Assembly (NCBI RefSeq): GCF_018350175.1
Contig: NC_058368.1
Span: 141,112,001 to 141,176,000, forward strand
Direction of reading: 5' to 3'
Source: Felis catus
Lineage: Eukaryota
Length of the DNA: 64,000 nucleotides
A model generated the notes under the pieces. That model was given only the letters and a program-made list of their open reading frames with translations. It was not told where the DNA came from and did no database searches. The position numbers were made by a program, and so were the translations under genes. Below, one piece after another: positions 37,638 through 50,984 of this stretch. How positions within the stretch are numbered: the stretch's first letter is position 1; every line of letters starts with the position of its first letter.

Positions 37638-39204
37638 TGTGGCTTCCCAGTACATTCATTTGTCGATAGATCCAGGATCTGGCCGCAAAGCCTTTTACAC
37701 TCAACAGCGCAAGCAGAATTCTCCAAATGATGGTGCTAGCAGTTAATAAATTGTATCCGAATAAGTATAATGGTCCATATTTTCATAACAGGGAAAACTA
37801 CACTTAATTACCCTCTGTTTACAAAAGGTACACCATAAACACTTCACTCATCACCGTTGTGCTGGGTTATGGTGAGATGTAAGGAAATTCTCAGTCTGAG
37901 AATTTGAGCGGTTGCAAGGCCACATGGCTTGTAAGTGGCAAAGTCGAACCCTGGCCTGGCCTCTGACCCTTAGGCAGGGATGTGTAGGCTCAGGGAGGTG
38001 GGCACCCCACAGATCTGTGGGGTGCCCTTAGGCAGGGCATTCCCTGATCTGTAATGGTCATATCTACCAAGTGGCAAAAAGGAGCTTAAAATAAAGTGCT
38101 GGCACTCCAGGAGATAGCAGGAAAATTTAGAACTAAAGTTTTGTCTTTGTCCTTAATTTACCTGACAGCATTTTCTGAAGTAATGGATGTCTCAGAAGCG
38201 TGTGGGCTGCAACATGCCACATTTGTAGCAATTACTATGCAGAGTGAGGAGAATTGGGGAAGGCATTAGTGGCATCCAGACTTCTCAGCAGTCAAGGCTG
38301 CTTGCTCTTGGTCACCTGAAGCGAGCTGTTGAGCAGCTCTTGATCTGCCGCCGATAAGAATGAGGGGAATGAAGTTTTTAGGGCAAGTTTTCCAGCACGG
38401 AAGAAATCATTTGGCTAAGGCATCTGGAGGCTTGGATTTGATTCTTTGCAAAGCAGGAAGGTTTGTGAAAACAAAAACAGCAATTACAGGCGGGTGCAGG
38501 CCTTCTGTAAGACGGTGTGTGCAGAGGTTCCTTCTGGAGGTCAGGCTTGTGTGCACACGTCCCTGTTACACAATTAGTGCAGCTTTTCTCAGCTGCCTCT
38601 GTTTCAAAAAGAACAACAGAAGCACAAACAACACAAAAAGACGAATATCTAAGGGGACAAGCATGCACCTGTGGATATGTCATCATACTGGAAGGAGGAA
38701 TAAGAAATTCATATTTATTGTACATGCTACTCTTTATCAGGCTCTGTGCTAGGCTCTTTAGGTGGGTATGTCCTATCTTTGTTTACGCAAGCAACCTTTT
38801 ACAAATTAACAAATAGACGGGTTAAACATCTTGGATTGGGTTGGGTTATGGGGAGGTCTCTCACTGTCTTTGTAGCTTCGGATGATTGATAGTCATCTTG
38901 TACTGACTTCTCAGCCTGGGTCGCTGGTGTGCTGGGGCTTTGCTGTCAACTCTGGAGAGCAAGACATATTTCTGGGACCACTGAGTTCTCTCTTCACAGG
39001 TGCAGAGAGAGGGTAGGAAAGGCTACAGGAGATGTATCATGATTCTGCAAGTGAATTTTACCTGAACATCATGAGATACGTTCTTCTAGGTCATGTTATA
39101 AAAGTACTTAATACAGGTACTCTTTATTAAATAGCCATCTGTAGTAGCATCTTCCAGCCACATTATGGGTTCTTGAAGACAGTTTGATAACTGGGGAAGG
39201 TTTT

Positions 39205-39435
39205 TGGCAGTAATAGCTAAGAGCTTGGACTTTGGAGTCAGGCTGCCCAGGTTCATATCCCAGCTCTGCCATTTATTTGTCCTGTAACCTTGAGCAAGTT
39301 TTCTTAACTTACCTGTGCCTCTGGTTTCTTCATGTATAAAATGGGAATAGTAATAGTACCTTAGAGCATTGTTAGGACTATTCAGCCCTAGGAACAGGGC
39401 CTTGCCCATAATGAGATCTGTAGATGGTTAGCTAG
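39205..39435 (+). mobile_element. MIR, near full-length
   Basis: AAGAGCTTGGACTTTGGAGTCAG...CCCAGCTCTGCC...AAAATGGGAAT. Confidence 0.9.
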
Positions 39436-39582
39436 GATGGTGATGGTCACGGTGATCATGTACAGAGGAGGTTGAGAATATTGGTATTAGCATCGTCAGG
39501 CCATCGGCTCTGATTTACATAACTTGCAAGTTAATGTAGGCTAATGAGGATTAGTAGTTGGGCAGCATCCCACATTAGTGTA

Positions 39583-39670
39583 CTTCATTCATTCGTTAGC
39601 TGTCAAGTACCTACTATGTGTCAGGCCCTGTGTTTGGTATAAAGTACACAAAAATCATTGAAACAGATGT
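39583..39670 (-). mobile_element. L2 tail fragment
   Basis: TTCATTCATTC...GTACCTACTATGTGTCAGGC. Confidence 0.65.
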
Positions 39671-39793
39671 GATTACAATTGTGCAATAGCTGGTCAAGGT
39701 CAATTATCCAGCGTCAGGGTGTTTCAGGTAATTAATTTACCAACGTAATCACAAAACATACACTATCATTAAAGTTTGTGTTCTTTTAGATTT

Positions 39794-40247
39794 AATTTTT
39801 AAAATTTATTTTAGAGAGAAAGAGCCCAAGCTAGGGAGAGGGGGAGAGAGAGAGAGAGAGAGAGAGAATGAATGAATGAATGAATGAATGAATGAATATC
39901 TTAAGCAGGCTCCATGCTCAGCATGGAGCCTGATGTGGGTTCGATCCTATGACCCTGGGATCATGACTTGAGCTGAAATCAAGAGATGCTTGGGGCGCCT
40001 GGGTGGCGCAGTCGGTTAAGTGTCCGACTTCAGCCAGGTCACGATCTCGCGGTCCGTGAGTTCGAGCCCCGCGTCAGGCTCTGGGCTGATGGCTCAGAGC
40101 CTGGAGCCTGTTTCCGATTCTGTGTCTCCCTCTCTCTCTGCCCCTCCCCTGTTCATGCTCTGTCTCTCTCTGTCCCAAAAATAAATAAACGTTGAAAAAA
40201 AAATTTAAAAAAAAGATGCTTAACCCACTGAACCACACAAGTGCCCC
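39794..40247 (-). mobile_element. Older CanSINE split by a nested SINE
   Basis: Body 39794-39991 with (GA)n and (GAAT)n; head resumes 40222-40247; TSD about TCTTT(T/G)AGATTT. Confidence 0.9.
39992..40210 (+). mobile_element. Young SINEC_Fc nested in opposite orientation
   Basis: Near-consensus, CpG-rich; TSD AA(G/A)AGATGCTT. Confidence 0.97.
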
Positions 40248-40529
40248 ATCTTTGAGATTTTACTGAATATTTCACAGCCCCTTCCATAGCTGCCCTGTCC
40301 TGTATTGGCCCAGTGTGGCTATGGGAGCACCAAGAGGGCTGGAAAACAAGGTGGAAAAGGTAGTCAGCCCTTCACAAGAGGCATGCTAAAGAATTTAGAA
40401 TTTAGATGTTATCCTAACAGCAGTAGGGTTAAACAGCAGAGAGAGGTGAAATTTGGAATTCAGAATAGCTTTAAAGCGCCTATTAATTCTAAAGCGCTCT
40501 GATCCCATACCAGCTATGTTTTATTCTAT

Positions 40530-42340
40530 TTATATTTTAATGTAGTCACTGATATATTTGGGTTTAAATCTACCACTTTTTTTTTTTTTTTTATTTTCTG
40601 TTTGTCCCATCTGTTTTGTTTCCCTCCTTTCTTGCCTTCTTTTAGATGGATTGCGTTTTTGTTGTGTTTTTTTTTTTTTTTTAAATCATTTGATTTCCCC
40701 CTCTAGTGTGTTTCTTGTCTCTTCTTGGTCACTGGAGAAAATAGAGAATGCACCTCTAACTTACCAAAGTCCAAAGTGACTCAGCACCACTCTGCCTCCA
40801 AGAACACAGCAGGTTTATCTCCCTTTGACTTACCCGCTGTTGTCTTGTATGTTGTTTCCATGTATGTGTTAAACCTCATGATACGTTACTGCATTCTGCA
40901 GTCAGCGTTACTCGGGTTGACCCCGTGTGTCCGTTTTTGTTTGTTATTTCTTGTATTCCTTCCTCCTGGGACCATTTTTCTTCTGCCGGAAGAGCACCCC
41001 TGTTCCTTTTGGTGTGGGACCTCTCTGGCAAACTCTATTTTTGTTTAAAAATATCCTTATTGCCCTGTCACTCTTGAAGCATATTTTCAGTGCATATGGA
41101 ATTTTAGTTTGGTGGTTATTTTCTTTCAGCACATTGAAGATACCACTCCACGGTCTTCTGGCTTCCCTCATTGCTGCTGAGAAGTATCTATTCTGAGGGT
41201 GATTCATTTGAAGGTCATCTGTATTTTTTCCTCTGGCTGCTCTTAAGATTTTTTTTTTTGGTCTTTGATTTTCCACGGTGTCACTGCAATGTGTGTAGGT
41301 GGGGATTTCTTCTAATTTAGACTGCTTGGGAGTTGTTAGTCCTTCTAAGTCCATGGATGGGTGTCTTTTATGGGTCCTAAAATATCCTCAGCTATGACTG
41401 CTTCACACAATGCTTCTCCCTCATTTTCTGACTCTTGTCCTTAAACTCCAAGTAAATACATCTTAGACCTTCTCACGTCTCTATCACGTGTTTCTTGCTC
41501 TCTCTCCCATTTTGTCTTTCTGGATAGTTTTTCTGATATCTTAAGGTTTACTAATTCTCATTTCAACTGTAGCTTATCTGCTGTTAAATCTTTCCATTGA
41601 TTTATTAATTTGGATTATTTACTTTTTAGTTCTAGAAGTTTTATTTGTTTCTTTTCAAGTCTACCAAATCATTTTTTAAAATGCGATTTTCACTCCTCTA
41701 CTGAAAATTTCAGGCTTTTTGGTTTCAGTATCTTTGAATGTTGTTAAGTATAGTTGTGTTATAGTCTGCATCTGATAATCTGAGAATGTGAAGGCTGGCT
41801 CTCTTTCTGTTGTTTCTTTTGGTTTTCATTTATATTGTCACATGTGCCTGGTTATCTTTTTCTTTGCTTCCACCAAGGTTCGGTGGTTGCACTAACTGGC
41901 TTAATCTGAGCTCAAGGCTGCAGGTTCCCTGGATGACCTAGCTGTTGCAAGCATGCTTTGAGTGTGCCCAATGACTGGTTCACTTCAGCTCACTCTTTTC
42001 CCCTTTAGGGCCACAGATGAACCCTCAGGTGGTTCCTCACATTCTCCACCTTTGGTGGCCCCCAGCTTTGGCTTTAGTTTCCTTTTCCCCTTTGACTCTT
42101 TTAAAACAAGGAGCTCAGTTTCACAACTCTTTCTTTCAAATTAGGAAATAATCCTGGATAGTACATTTACCCAACTGGGTTCTGATCTAGATTTTGACCT
42201 GGTAATTCCTCACTATATTGATACTTCTTTGAAGCCTTTGAGAGAATGCTTTAAGATACCTTATTCAGTATTTTTCCGTGTCCTCATTGGGAATTGGTAC
42301 TAATTTTCCCAGTGTCCCATGATTAGAGGTGCAAGTAAGT
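40530..42340 (-). mobile_element. Old L1 ORF1/5' region (L1ME/HAL1-like)
   Basis: ORF 40944-41354 KKKILRAARGK...EARRPWSGIFNVLKENNHQTKIPY resembles L1 ORF1p C-terminal motifs. Confidence 0.85.
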
Positions 42341-43121
42341 CCCTGTTCTGACTTGGATGCAGCAAGATTGGTGACCCTGTTAATTGTGTTTGTTTAGGAA
42401 GATAATTTTGTATCTGCCCATTTCCTCTTCTTGGAATGAGTGGAAAGGTGTTGATACTCTGGAAGGGAGGTTATTGCTACCTGTACTTTCCAACTGGCAG
42501 AGAGAGCCTTCGAGGTATGAGAAGTTTTTTGAATGGTTGATAACTGGTGCTTTGGAAAAAAAGAGATCAATATTTCCGTAAGTTTTTCTGTTACCGAGTT
42601 TGGGTAGATAATTCCCATTTCAACCCTTCCACTTTGTATTTTATCAGTTTAGTCTCTCCACCATCACATCACATCCTATTGTAAAGCCTTATATTTTCAG
42701 AGAGCAAATGCCATTTATGTGAAAGAACTGATTTCTTGCCTATAAATGCACCTCAGTAAAAAAGTAGTAAGAACATTAGTGTACAAGGAGCAGAAGCCAA
42801 TCCCACTTGTTTCTGGTCAACATCAGGCACTCTTCGGAAGGCAGTCTGTATTTTCATATATGAATATATTGGCTCACAACAATTATGAAGAAAACAATGT
42901 TCCAAGTATGTTGCAATGTTAGTTTGAACGGGTATGTATTTTTTTTTTCATTTTATTATTTTTTTGCCTGGGTATGTATTTTAAAGGATACGTCATTGCA
43001 ATACTGAGGTAGTATTTGAAAATGTGTTCTTTACCTGGAGACACATAATCGTTAATGCGTGTGAGGTTGCAGAGAAAAACAGTTGACTATAAGAAGTGCC
43101 TTTTCGTGTTATTAATGTGTA

Positions 43122-43152
<31 letters not shown>

Positions 43153-45466
43153 GCAGTTTTCCCTCTTTACATCCTTAGATCCCAAATTGCTATCTCTGAA
43201 GCATTGGCCTCCAAAATGATTGGTAAAAGCTGTTCAAAATATTAACATTTTTATTCTGCTTCTTAGAGAAACCTTAGAGAAAAAGAAATAGAAAATTGCC
43301 CCATGTAGGTATTTTATTCATTTGGAATTTCATTGGCATGAAAACAACTTACAATGAATATTGTTACCTTTCACCATTCTTTATTTGACATTGTTCTCCA
43401 AAGGCAGCCTAGAAAACTGGAACACAAGTTTCGGAGTAAAAGCTTAGGATACAGGCAGGTACCCCTCTTTTTCAGAAGTTTGCCGTGTGCCACTTCACTT
43501 TAATGAAAGACCGATGTTAGTACCTGGTTTTGACAAACAAAAGAAATCCGAAAAGGATTTTCACTTCTATGAAACAAGGTGAAAAGCAAAAATAGCGTTC
43601 AGTGTTTGTTTTGCAGCCAGCCCTTAGAGAGGCAGGGCGCACCTCGAGCTGTGAGAGAGGTGTCACCAAGCTCCTTCCTGGGAACTACAGTCAGCATCTC
43701 AGCATCCAGCCGCCATGGCTTTGAACTGCGTCTGTGAGCATCCGTGTTTTTTGTGATTTCTTTTGTGCATCTGCTAGCAAGATGTGTCCTAAGGTATCAG
43801 AAAAGCCCAAGAGAGGGTATTTTTGAGGTCTGGAGATGTTAAAATTTTTTTTCAAAAGAAATGAGTGGTAATTGCTTTTTTATGCCATTGCTGCTTACTA
43901 AAGGTTTTATAGAAATGCTCCACTTCCAGACACCAAGGGGAACCTGTACCTGAAGTTTTAGTTGTACATTCCTGAGGTGAAACTTGAAATCGAATCTTAG
44001 AGAAAGGCAATCTTCAGTGATATCATTGGTCACAAATGCACTATACAGTAATAAAGTATTTTCTCTCTTAGTTGATACATAAATAACTCCTGAGTGGATG
44101 GACTTAGTATGACTGTAGAATGGACTAAAAGGACGTTGGAGTATTTTTATATTTTAGGTGTTTCTGTTACTATCGATATGAAGTGTGCTTTCATTTTGTC
44201 CTCATTAATGGGGCCTAAAAGGTTACTAAATAGAAATAAGGCATTGGAAATTGTGTGGAATCAATAAAGAGAATGATCTTTATGATTGTATCTTCACTTG
44301 GAAAATTTTGCATATACCTTTCAGATCCGTTTGGGTCACCATTCCAAAAGATTGCTGTTGCTTAGCAACTGGATTACATACACTGGGACTCCTCCAAAGA
44401 ACTTTTTAAGTGTTAACTCTTCAGAAATTGAGAGATACCTTGGACATTGTGAATCTCTTAATTTTAAAGTAGATAGGAATTGTGCTTAGAAAAGAACCAC
44501 ATTGAAAAACAGTCTCATAAGTAGGTAGGAAAGATCTCCGCGAAGTATTTGAATAAATGCTTTTCGGTGTAGAAAATTGAGGTGCTAAAAAAAAATTGAA
44601 ATCATTGCCCTGGAGAATGATAGGTTGGTGCTGTCTTTCAAGATTTCCATCCCTAATGGTTTTTTTCACCGCCTCTTTTTTGCAGTCATTGTATTGTTAC
44701 CCCAAACCCTCAACGCCAGGTGTGGAATGACGCACCCACTTCGTTTCCTTCTGCCTTTCTGAGAAAGAGGCTGATCTTCCAGTCTTTGTTTTTTGGGTTC
44801 TTTGTTTTTCTTTTCTACCAGGATGCTACTTCTGAAATACAGTTGAATAATGGTTGGAACATTCATTGTGACTTGAAATGAAAAGAAGCCTAATTGGAAT
44901 TAATTTTCTTTTTCTCACTATTAGTCCTTCAAGGTTGACTGATTTCTTTCGTGTCTGCCATTTTCTGTTCATCTTGAAATTTCTTCTGTTTTCCTAGCTA
45001 GTCTAGCAGTAACTGGTGATTCTCTGCCAGCAGAGGTGAGAGCCCACTAGGTTTCTTAGTTTGTGTACAGGGAAGTGTAGCTTCTTTCATAAATAGGGCC
45101 TATTGGGGAGAGAAAAGGACGGTTGATGTGTCTTACGATTTTGTGAATCGCTTTTCTTTCCAAAGGGCCCTTAATTTCGATTGTGTCCTTCTTTTTTTCC
45201 CTTAACCATCAGGCATCGGGGGGCTGTGACCCTCCAGCTTCCTGTCTTCCTGGAAGTAGAATCATCAGGCTTGTTTTCACTGTTTCCACATTCAGGGTGG
45301 GAAGCTCTTTCTGGAGGTGATTTTGGTCTGTTCTGCCATCCCAACCTACCACCTGACCCTCTTCTCTAGCCAGGTTTCTGATCATCTCAGATGTTTGTTA
45401 CCTCCCTGTGCATTTATTGAAATTTCTAGTGTGCTCCATCCCTGGCTATGCTCTAGGCAGGCTGGT

Positions 45467-46083
45467 TTCCTGGGCAAGCTACCATGCAATTCGACAGGGC
45501 CCAGTTCTCAGAAGGGCCTCACACTTGGAGTTGAACGCTCTATCATCACTGTCTTGAAATTCTTAATAATTTAATCTTTAGGTTTGTGTTTTGTAAGTGA
45601 AATTTGATGGCACACTGGACATGTATCAGGGCCCTAAAGCCTCCCGCTTGGGTTCTACCTCCTCTTTCGCTCTCTACCTCTCCTGGATCGGGTCAGCCAC
45701 CTGTTCTTGCCCCTAGTCTGTGATCACTGCCTCTCTCTGGCTGGGGTGGCCCAGTGAGGCCTGTGCTCTGTCCATTCCTCCAGACCCACCAGAGAAGTGT
45801 GTGCAGGAGGGGTTGGGATCAGGGCAAAGCAGCGGCTGTCCTTGTCCCCGTTTGTCACTGTCACAGTGCATTCAGCAGGTGACTCAGAGGGGGGCCTTTT
45901 ATCTCCCACTGATCCAGGTGCACAGTGTATCCTAGCACAGAAGTTGGAATTCCTGGCAGGTTGCCAGTCCGGGCTTGTTGGCAATGATAGGCCCCTGGGG
46001 AGGGGAGATTGATATCTCTGCCCTGGCTGGGGCCCCTCATTTTCGTTTTGTGCTGGGCCCTGCCAATTGTTTTTTGAGCCTTG
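45467..46083. mobile_element. MER45B/C-like (hAT-Tip100)
   Basis: CAGGGCCC..CTCAGAAGGGCC...GTCTTGAAATTCTTAATAATTT; end GGGGCCCCTCATTTTCGTTTTGTGCTGGGCCC. Confidence 0.85.
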
Positions 46084-46219
46084 GCTCTCGACATGAGTTA
46101 TGGGTGATTTCACTTGTTCTCTTGGTTGATCTCTATGGTTTTGGGAGAGATTCAACTGTCACTTAGTCAACTGTCATTATCTCCTGGGAAACCAGAAGCT
46201 CCTGATTTTTTAAAATTTG

Positions 46220-47900
46220 CTTTGTTGAATTTTTTTTCAAGTTACAAAAGCAGTTAATACTTTTTGCAGCAAAACAAACAACATAAATGTGTGCAAAGTA
46301 AAAGTCAACATTCTGTTTCCCCTTCTTCCAGAGTAACCAGTGTTCACAGTGGATGTATATGTGTGATTGTCCCAACCTTTTAGTCATGATTATATAATAT
46401 GCACACACACATGCACACGCACACTCTCTCACTTGGTACCTTGTGGAGTTTTTTGAGGAATTGCAAAAATGCTAAAATCTTGATACCTGAAAGTCCCTCT
46501 ATTTTCAATACATATGGATCCAACTCATTCTTTTTAATAATGTATAATATTCTGTATTCATCATATAAAGTTGCCATAACTCATTTGCTAGTTTCATCAC
46601 ATGAATGTTTAAGTTGTTGCCAGTTTTTTAGTGCTATAAACAAGACAGCAAATAAGTATCTTCTCATGTATTATCCACTAGCATTTCCTTATCTCTGGAT
46701 TTCTTATTCATCCCCTGTATATTTTTTCTGTTGGAATACCTGTCTTCCTCCTCTCCGTTTTTTTTTTAATGTTTATTTCTGAGACAGAGACAGAGCATGA
46801 ACTGGGGAGGGTCAGAGAGAGAGGGAGACAGAATCCAAAGCAGGCTACAGGCTCTGAGCTGTCAGCACAGAGTCAGACATGGGGCTCAAACTCAAAGACG
46901 GTGATTTCATGACCTGAGCCGAAGTTGGAAGCTCAACCAACTGGAGCCACCCAGGCACCCATTTCCTCTCCGTTGTGAAAGAGTTTTGGGCCTACTGTTT
47001 CATCTGTCTGGCAAGATTTTTCCTCAGTTACTGTTTGTCATTTGACTTGATGTCTTTGCCATAAAGTTATTAAAGTTAAATGTCTGTTGTTTTCTTTCTG
47101 GTTTAGTATTTTGTGACTTGCTTGAGAAAGTCTCTCTGATGCTGAGGTTATAACACATTCTGCTGAGTTTCTTACAATTAAAAAATAGTTGGAATCCACT
47201 TGAACTCTGTATATTTTATCTCACATAATTTTTGTTTCCTTTCAGATAGTTAATTATTATAGCCACTACCATTTTTGAAAAATTCCTTCATTTCCATTTT
47301 TCATCACTTACTGTGTTTCAGCATACATTTGGGTCTATTTTTAGATTCTCAGTTTTATTCTGCTAATGCATTTGTGTATTCCCTTGCCAATGACATAATG
47401 TTTAAAATGTAATGGTTTTATAATACTGTATTTGGTGAAGAACATTTGTCATTTTATTTCTTCTTTATTTTACAAAATTTTCTTACCAATTCTAATATAT
47501 TCTTTCATATGAACTTTAAAAAAATTGCTTCCAATTACTCTAAAAACCTTGTCGATTTTTGGATCAGAATTTTATATATTAATTTAAGTTTCAATATTAA
47601 TTTAAAAATATGTAATTAAAAATATTTATCTGTTTCCCTTCTGGGTTTTATAGCTGTTTTTGCCATCATGTATGAAATTGGTTTTCTGTTTCTTACAGGT
47701 TAATGTTAGTATAGAGACAGACCATCAATGGAACAGGTACAGTTTCTTGTATCATCACTTTGTTAAAAATTGTTCCTCCATTTGATAGCTTTCAGTGTTG
47801 ATGTTCATGAAAAATCTGACACTAATTTTCTCTCTTTTCTAGGTAACCTTTCCTTTTTTAATAAAATTTTAATTTTATTCGGGTATTTCAGATATTTCAG
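46220..47900 (-). mobile_element. Old L1 (L1ME-like) fragments
   Basis: Degenerate T-rich L1 3'/ORF2 motifs (GTTGTTGCCAGTTTTTT, TTCATATGAACTTTA). Confidence 0.6.
46759..46960 (-). mobile_element. SINEC_Fc
   Basis: Full-length; TSD TCCTCTCCGTT. Confidence 0.95.
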
Positions 47901-47935
47901 CAGGGTATGCCTGGTTAAGCCTGAAGGTTCAATGC

Positions 47936-48086
47936 TTTTTTTTTAATGTTTATTTTTGAGAGAGAGAGACCATGCAAATGGGAGAGAACAGAGAGAGAGA
48001 GAGAGAGAGAGGAACAGAGAATCCAAAGTGGGCTCTGTGCTGACAGCAACAAGCCTGAGGTGGGGCTCTGAGCCCCCCAGGCCCCC
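47936..48086 (-). mobile_element. CanSINE with large internal deletion
   Basis: GTGGGGCT joined directly to CTGAGCCCCCCAGGCCCCC; degenerate TSD GAAGGTT.AA.G.TTT. Confidence 0.85.
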
Positions 48087-48269
48087 AGAAGGTTTAAGGA
48101 TTTCTAAGGAAAGTTTTCTTGTGTTTGTTCTTCAGTTAATGTGTTTTTCATCTGGACCTTTTTTTCCCTCTAGAGTTACTGATTTTGCATTTTAAATATT
48201 CTACATCTATTTCTTTTCTTTTCTTTTCTTCTATGTTGGGATAGATTTTTTTTATTTGACCTTCTAGAC

Positions 48270-48490
48270 CAGGGATCTACAGACTTGATATTGCTTGCCA
48301 AATCCATGCTGCTGCCTGTTTCTATAAATAAAGTTTTATTGGAACACAGCCAAGCACATTTTATATATGTATTATCTATGGCTTCTTTCATGCCACAGTG
48401 GCAAAGTTGGGCAGTTTCAACAGAAGATATGGCCCACAAAGTCAAAAATATTTACTAATTTGATCTTTACAAAAAGTTTACTAAGTTCTG
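48270..48490. mobile_element. MER58A
   Basis: TAAATAAAGTTTTATTGGAACACAGCC core; 8-bp TSD TTC(T/C)AGAC. Confidence 0.9.
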
Positions 48491-50593
48491 TTCCAGACCA
48501 CTTATTTTGTTCTCCTTCAGGTAGGTTATGGGGTTAAAAAAATTTTTCCCAAATCTTTGTCATTTCAGAAGATATTTTTTCTGTCCTAATTAGATCACCT
48601 TCAGGATTTGCATTTCTGTGTCCATTAATTTATCTTTGTTTGTTTGTTTGTTTGTTTTTGTCTCTTTTGTTGGTGAGGTCTCATTTTAGTTTGTATCCCC
48701 CCACCTCCAGGGACCAGGTCCCTTTTAGAGGTTGTAGGTTTTCTTTGCCTGTTCCTAGGTTGTATGCCCTCAGCACCAACACATTGAGGCTGTGGAACCT
48801 CTCAGGCAATGTCATGATGGGAGGGGATAGAGGATCTGGCAGTCCTTGCTAGGGGCGAAACTGTACCTGTTCCATTGGTGATTGAGGAAGGTCTTAATTC
48901 CCCAACCTTGACATGCAGCAGGTGGCAGTGGACCAGCGTTTTCCAGCCTGTAAGGATTAAGAATGTTTCAGTTCTTCAGATCCAGTGGGATGGTGGGACT
49001 TCCATCCATAGGGCCTTTCACAGTAAGCTGAGAGATGTAGCACCTCTGTGCAGAACACATACCTGTGTGCACATCCATGCATGTGGTCGTGCACATCTTC
49101 TGCCTTCTTGGCTTTCTTGGGAGGCCAAGTATTATCCCCATTATACTGTGTATCACAGATAACAAAGCCTTTTAAGCCTCAGCTGCCCCATGTTTTCTAG
49201 AGCTCCTTACTGATTTCTAATTTGGGCAGTTACTTTATTCTTTTGCCTTACTATGCTGGGAAGGAATAGGTGATATGGGTGTTTATAGTACAGATTGGCT
49301 TGCTACCTGACATATGTTTGATTAGGAGTTTAGCGGATTTCTATATTCCCATTCGCAAGTGAAGGACTGTGCTCCTGTATATTATGTGTATATATGTATG
49401 TATGTACATATGCACATATACACCCCTTCACATACACATCACAGGCCCAATGTTGATTATAAAGTAAATATTATAGTGCAAGTACTGCATATAGTCCCAT
49501 TAACAGAGTCAATCATGAGGGTGAAATAAACTCCAACATTCAAGGACCCTGTTTGGTAACCCTTTATGCCATCTTCTAGAAGTTGCATGAGAATACTCAC
49601 TGGCTAATGGATGTTTATCATTGCTGTGGTTTACAGAGAAAATGTTAGTTCAGCTGATTACTTGAACTTTTTCAGTTTATAGAGGTTTCTTTTTATAACA
49701 AGGATTTACAGATTTAAAATGTGATCTGTATTTGTTATTAATCATTATTTAAAAGCTTTGCTTCAGACAAGGTGTAATTTAAATTCGTGAGTATCCTTTA
49801 TCTCTTTAGGAATGTTTATTTACAATTATTTGACATTTATCATTATTTAATTATTATTTACAGTAACAAATTTATTTTCACATCTTCAGGATAGTTTTTG
49901 CCCTAGAGGATTGTGAACTGGAAATAACATGTGAAAGCAATGATAGGGTCATATTTTTATGTACCACAAAAGAAGTGTAACCCTTGTGGGAGCTGGGAGC
50001 TGCTCTAATGCACTATTTGGTCTGTTTATCATGTTCTGACTACATTTAAATGTGTAGGCAATTTTATTAGGCATTCAACGTTTACTAGTACATTATTATT
50101 TTTATTGTAATCTCATTTGATTTAATTTCAGTTTTAAAATTCTATAGTAGTTTCTGTGAGTCTGGCATAGAAATGACTTTTTGCTTTTACTCTGTTGAAC
50201 CATGCAGAAAATATCCTCCTTTAGTCTTCAGAAACTAGAAGAATTTTTCCCCTTCTTTGTATTACGGACAAGGTCAGATTACAGAGAAAACAGAACATGT
50301 TACAGTTTTTTTCAAACAAATAGAAACGAAATATTTAACTTCTAGGGTATATCCTGAGCTCTGTACAGATATATTCCATTCTGTATCTTCTCTTCCATCC
50401 CTGTGTTCAGACGTATCACTGATGTTAAGAATGATGAGAATAAGGTACTGCAAAATTATTTCCAGTACAGCAAATTTGTAAGGCCTGAGTGCCAACTATC
50501 ACATTTTAGAAAAAAAAAATCAAAAAACACCAGCATATAGTTTTCTCAACAACCCTCATTTGACTAGAAATTTGGTTAGCAAGAATATTCCAT

Positions 50594-50776
50594 TTTTTTT
50601 AAGTATATTTATTTGTTTTGAGAGAGAGTGGGAGAAAGGCAGAGAGAAAATCTCAAGCAGACTCTGTTTTCTCAGTGCAGAGCCCTATGCAGGGCTTGAT
50701 CCCATGAACTGTGAGATCATGACCCGAGACAGATTCAAGAGTCAGACATTCAATGACTGAGCCACCCAGGCACCCC
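50594..50776 (-). mobile_element. CanSINE
   Basis: Exact 13-bp TSD AAGAATATTCCAT. Confidence 0.96.
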
Positions 50777-50984
50777 AAGAATATTCCATGTGTTGAGCAT
50801 TTTGTTTAATTGGACTTTGCTTAGCTGTGTTATTAATTTATTCTGCAATAAATTATTGAACCTCAAGTAGACTGGAAGCGTTTTTCCAGTTGCCAGAGTA
50901 GTGAAAGTGAACTGAATGATAGTGAGCATAGAATATGCTAAGTTAAAACAACCCCCTCTTCCAAGAAAGATACACCTAATAAAA

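Noticed and set aside
39992-40075. tRNA-like A/B boxes
   Set aside because: tRNA-derived SINE head, not a tRNA gene
40944-41354. 136-aa ORF as a gene
   Set aside because: Degraded L1 ORF1p remnant
50431-50488. Box C (ATGATGA) and box D (CTGA) resembling a C/D snoRNA
   Set aside because: Only about 58 nt, no terminal stem, no recognisable guide sequence
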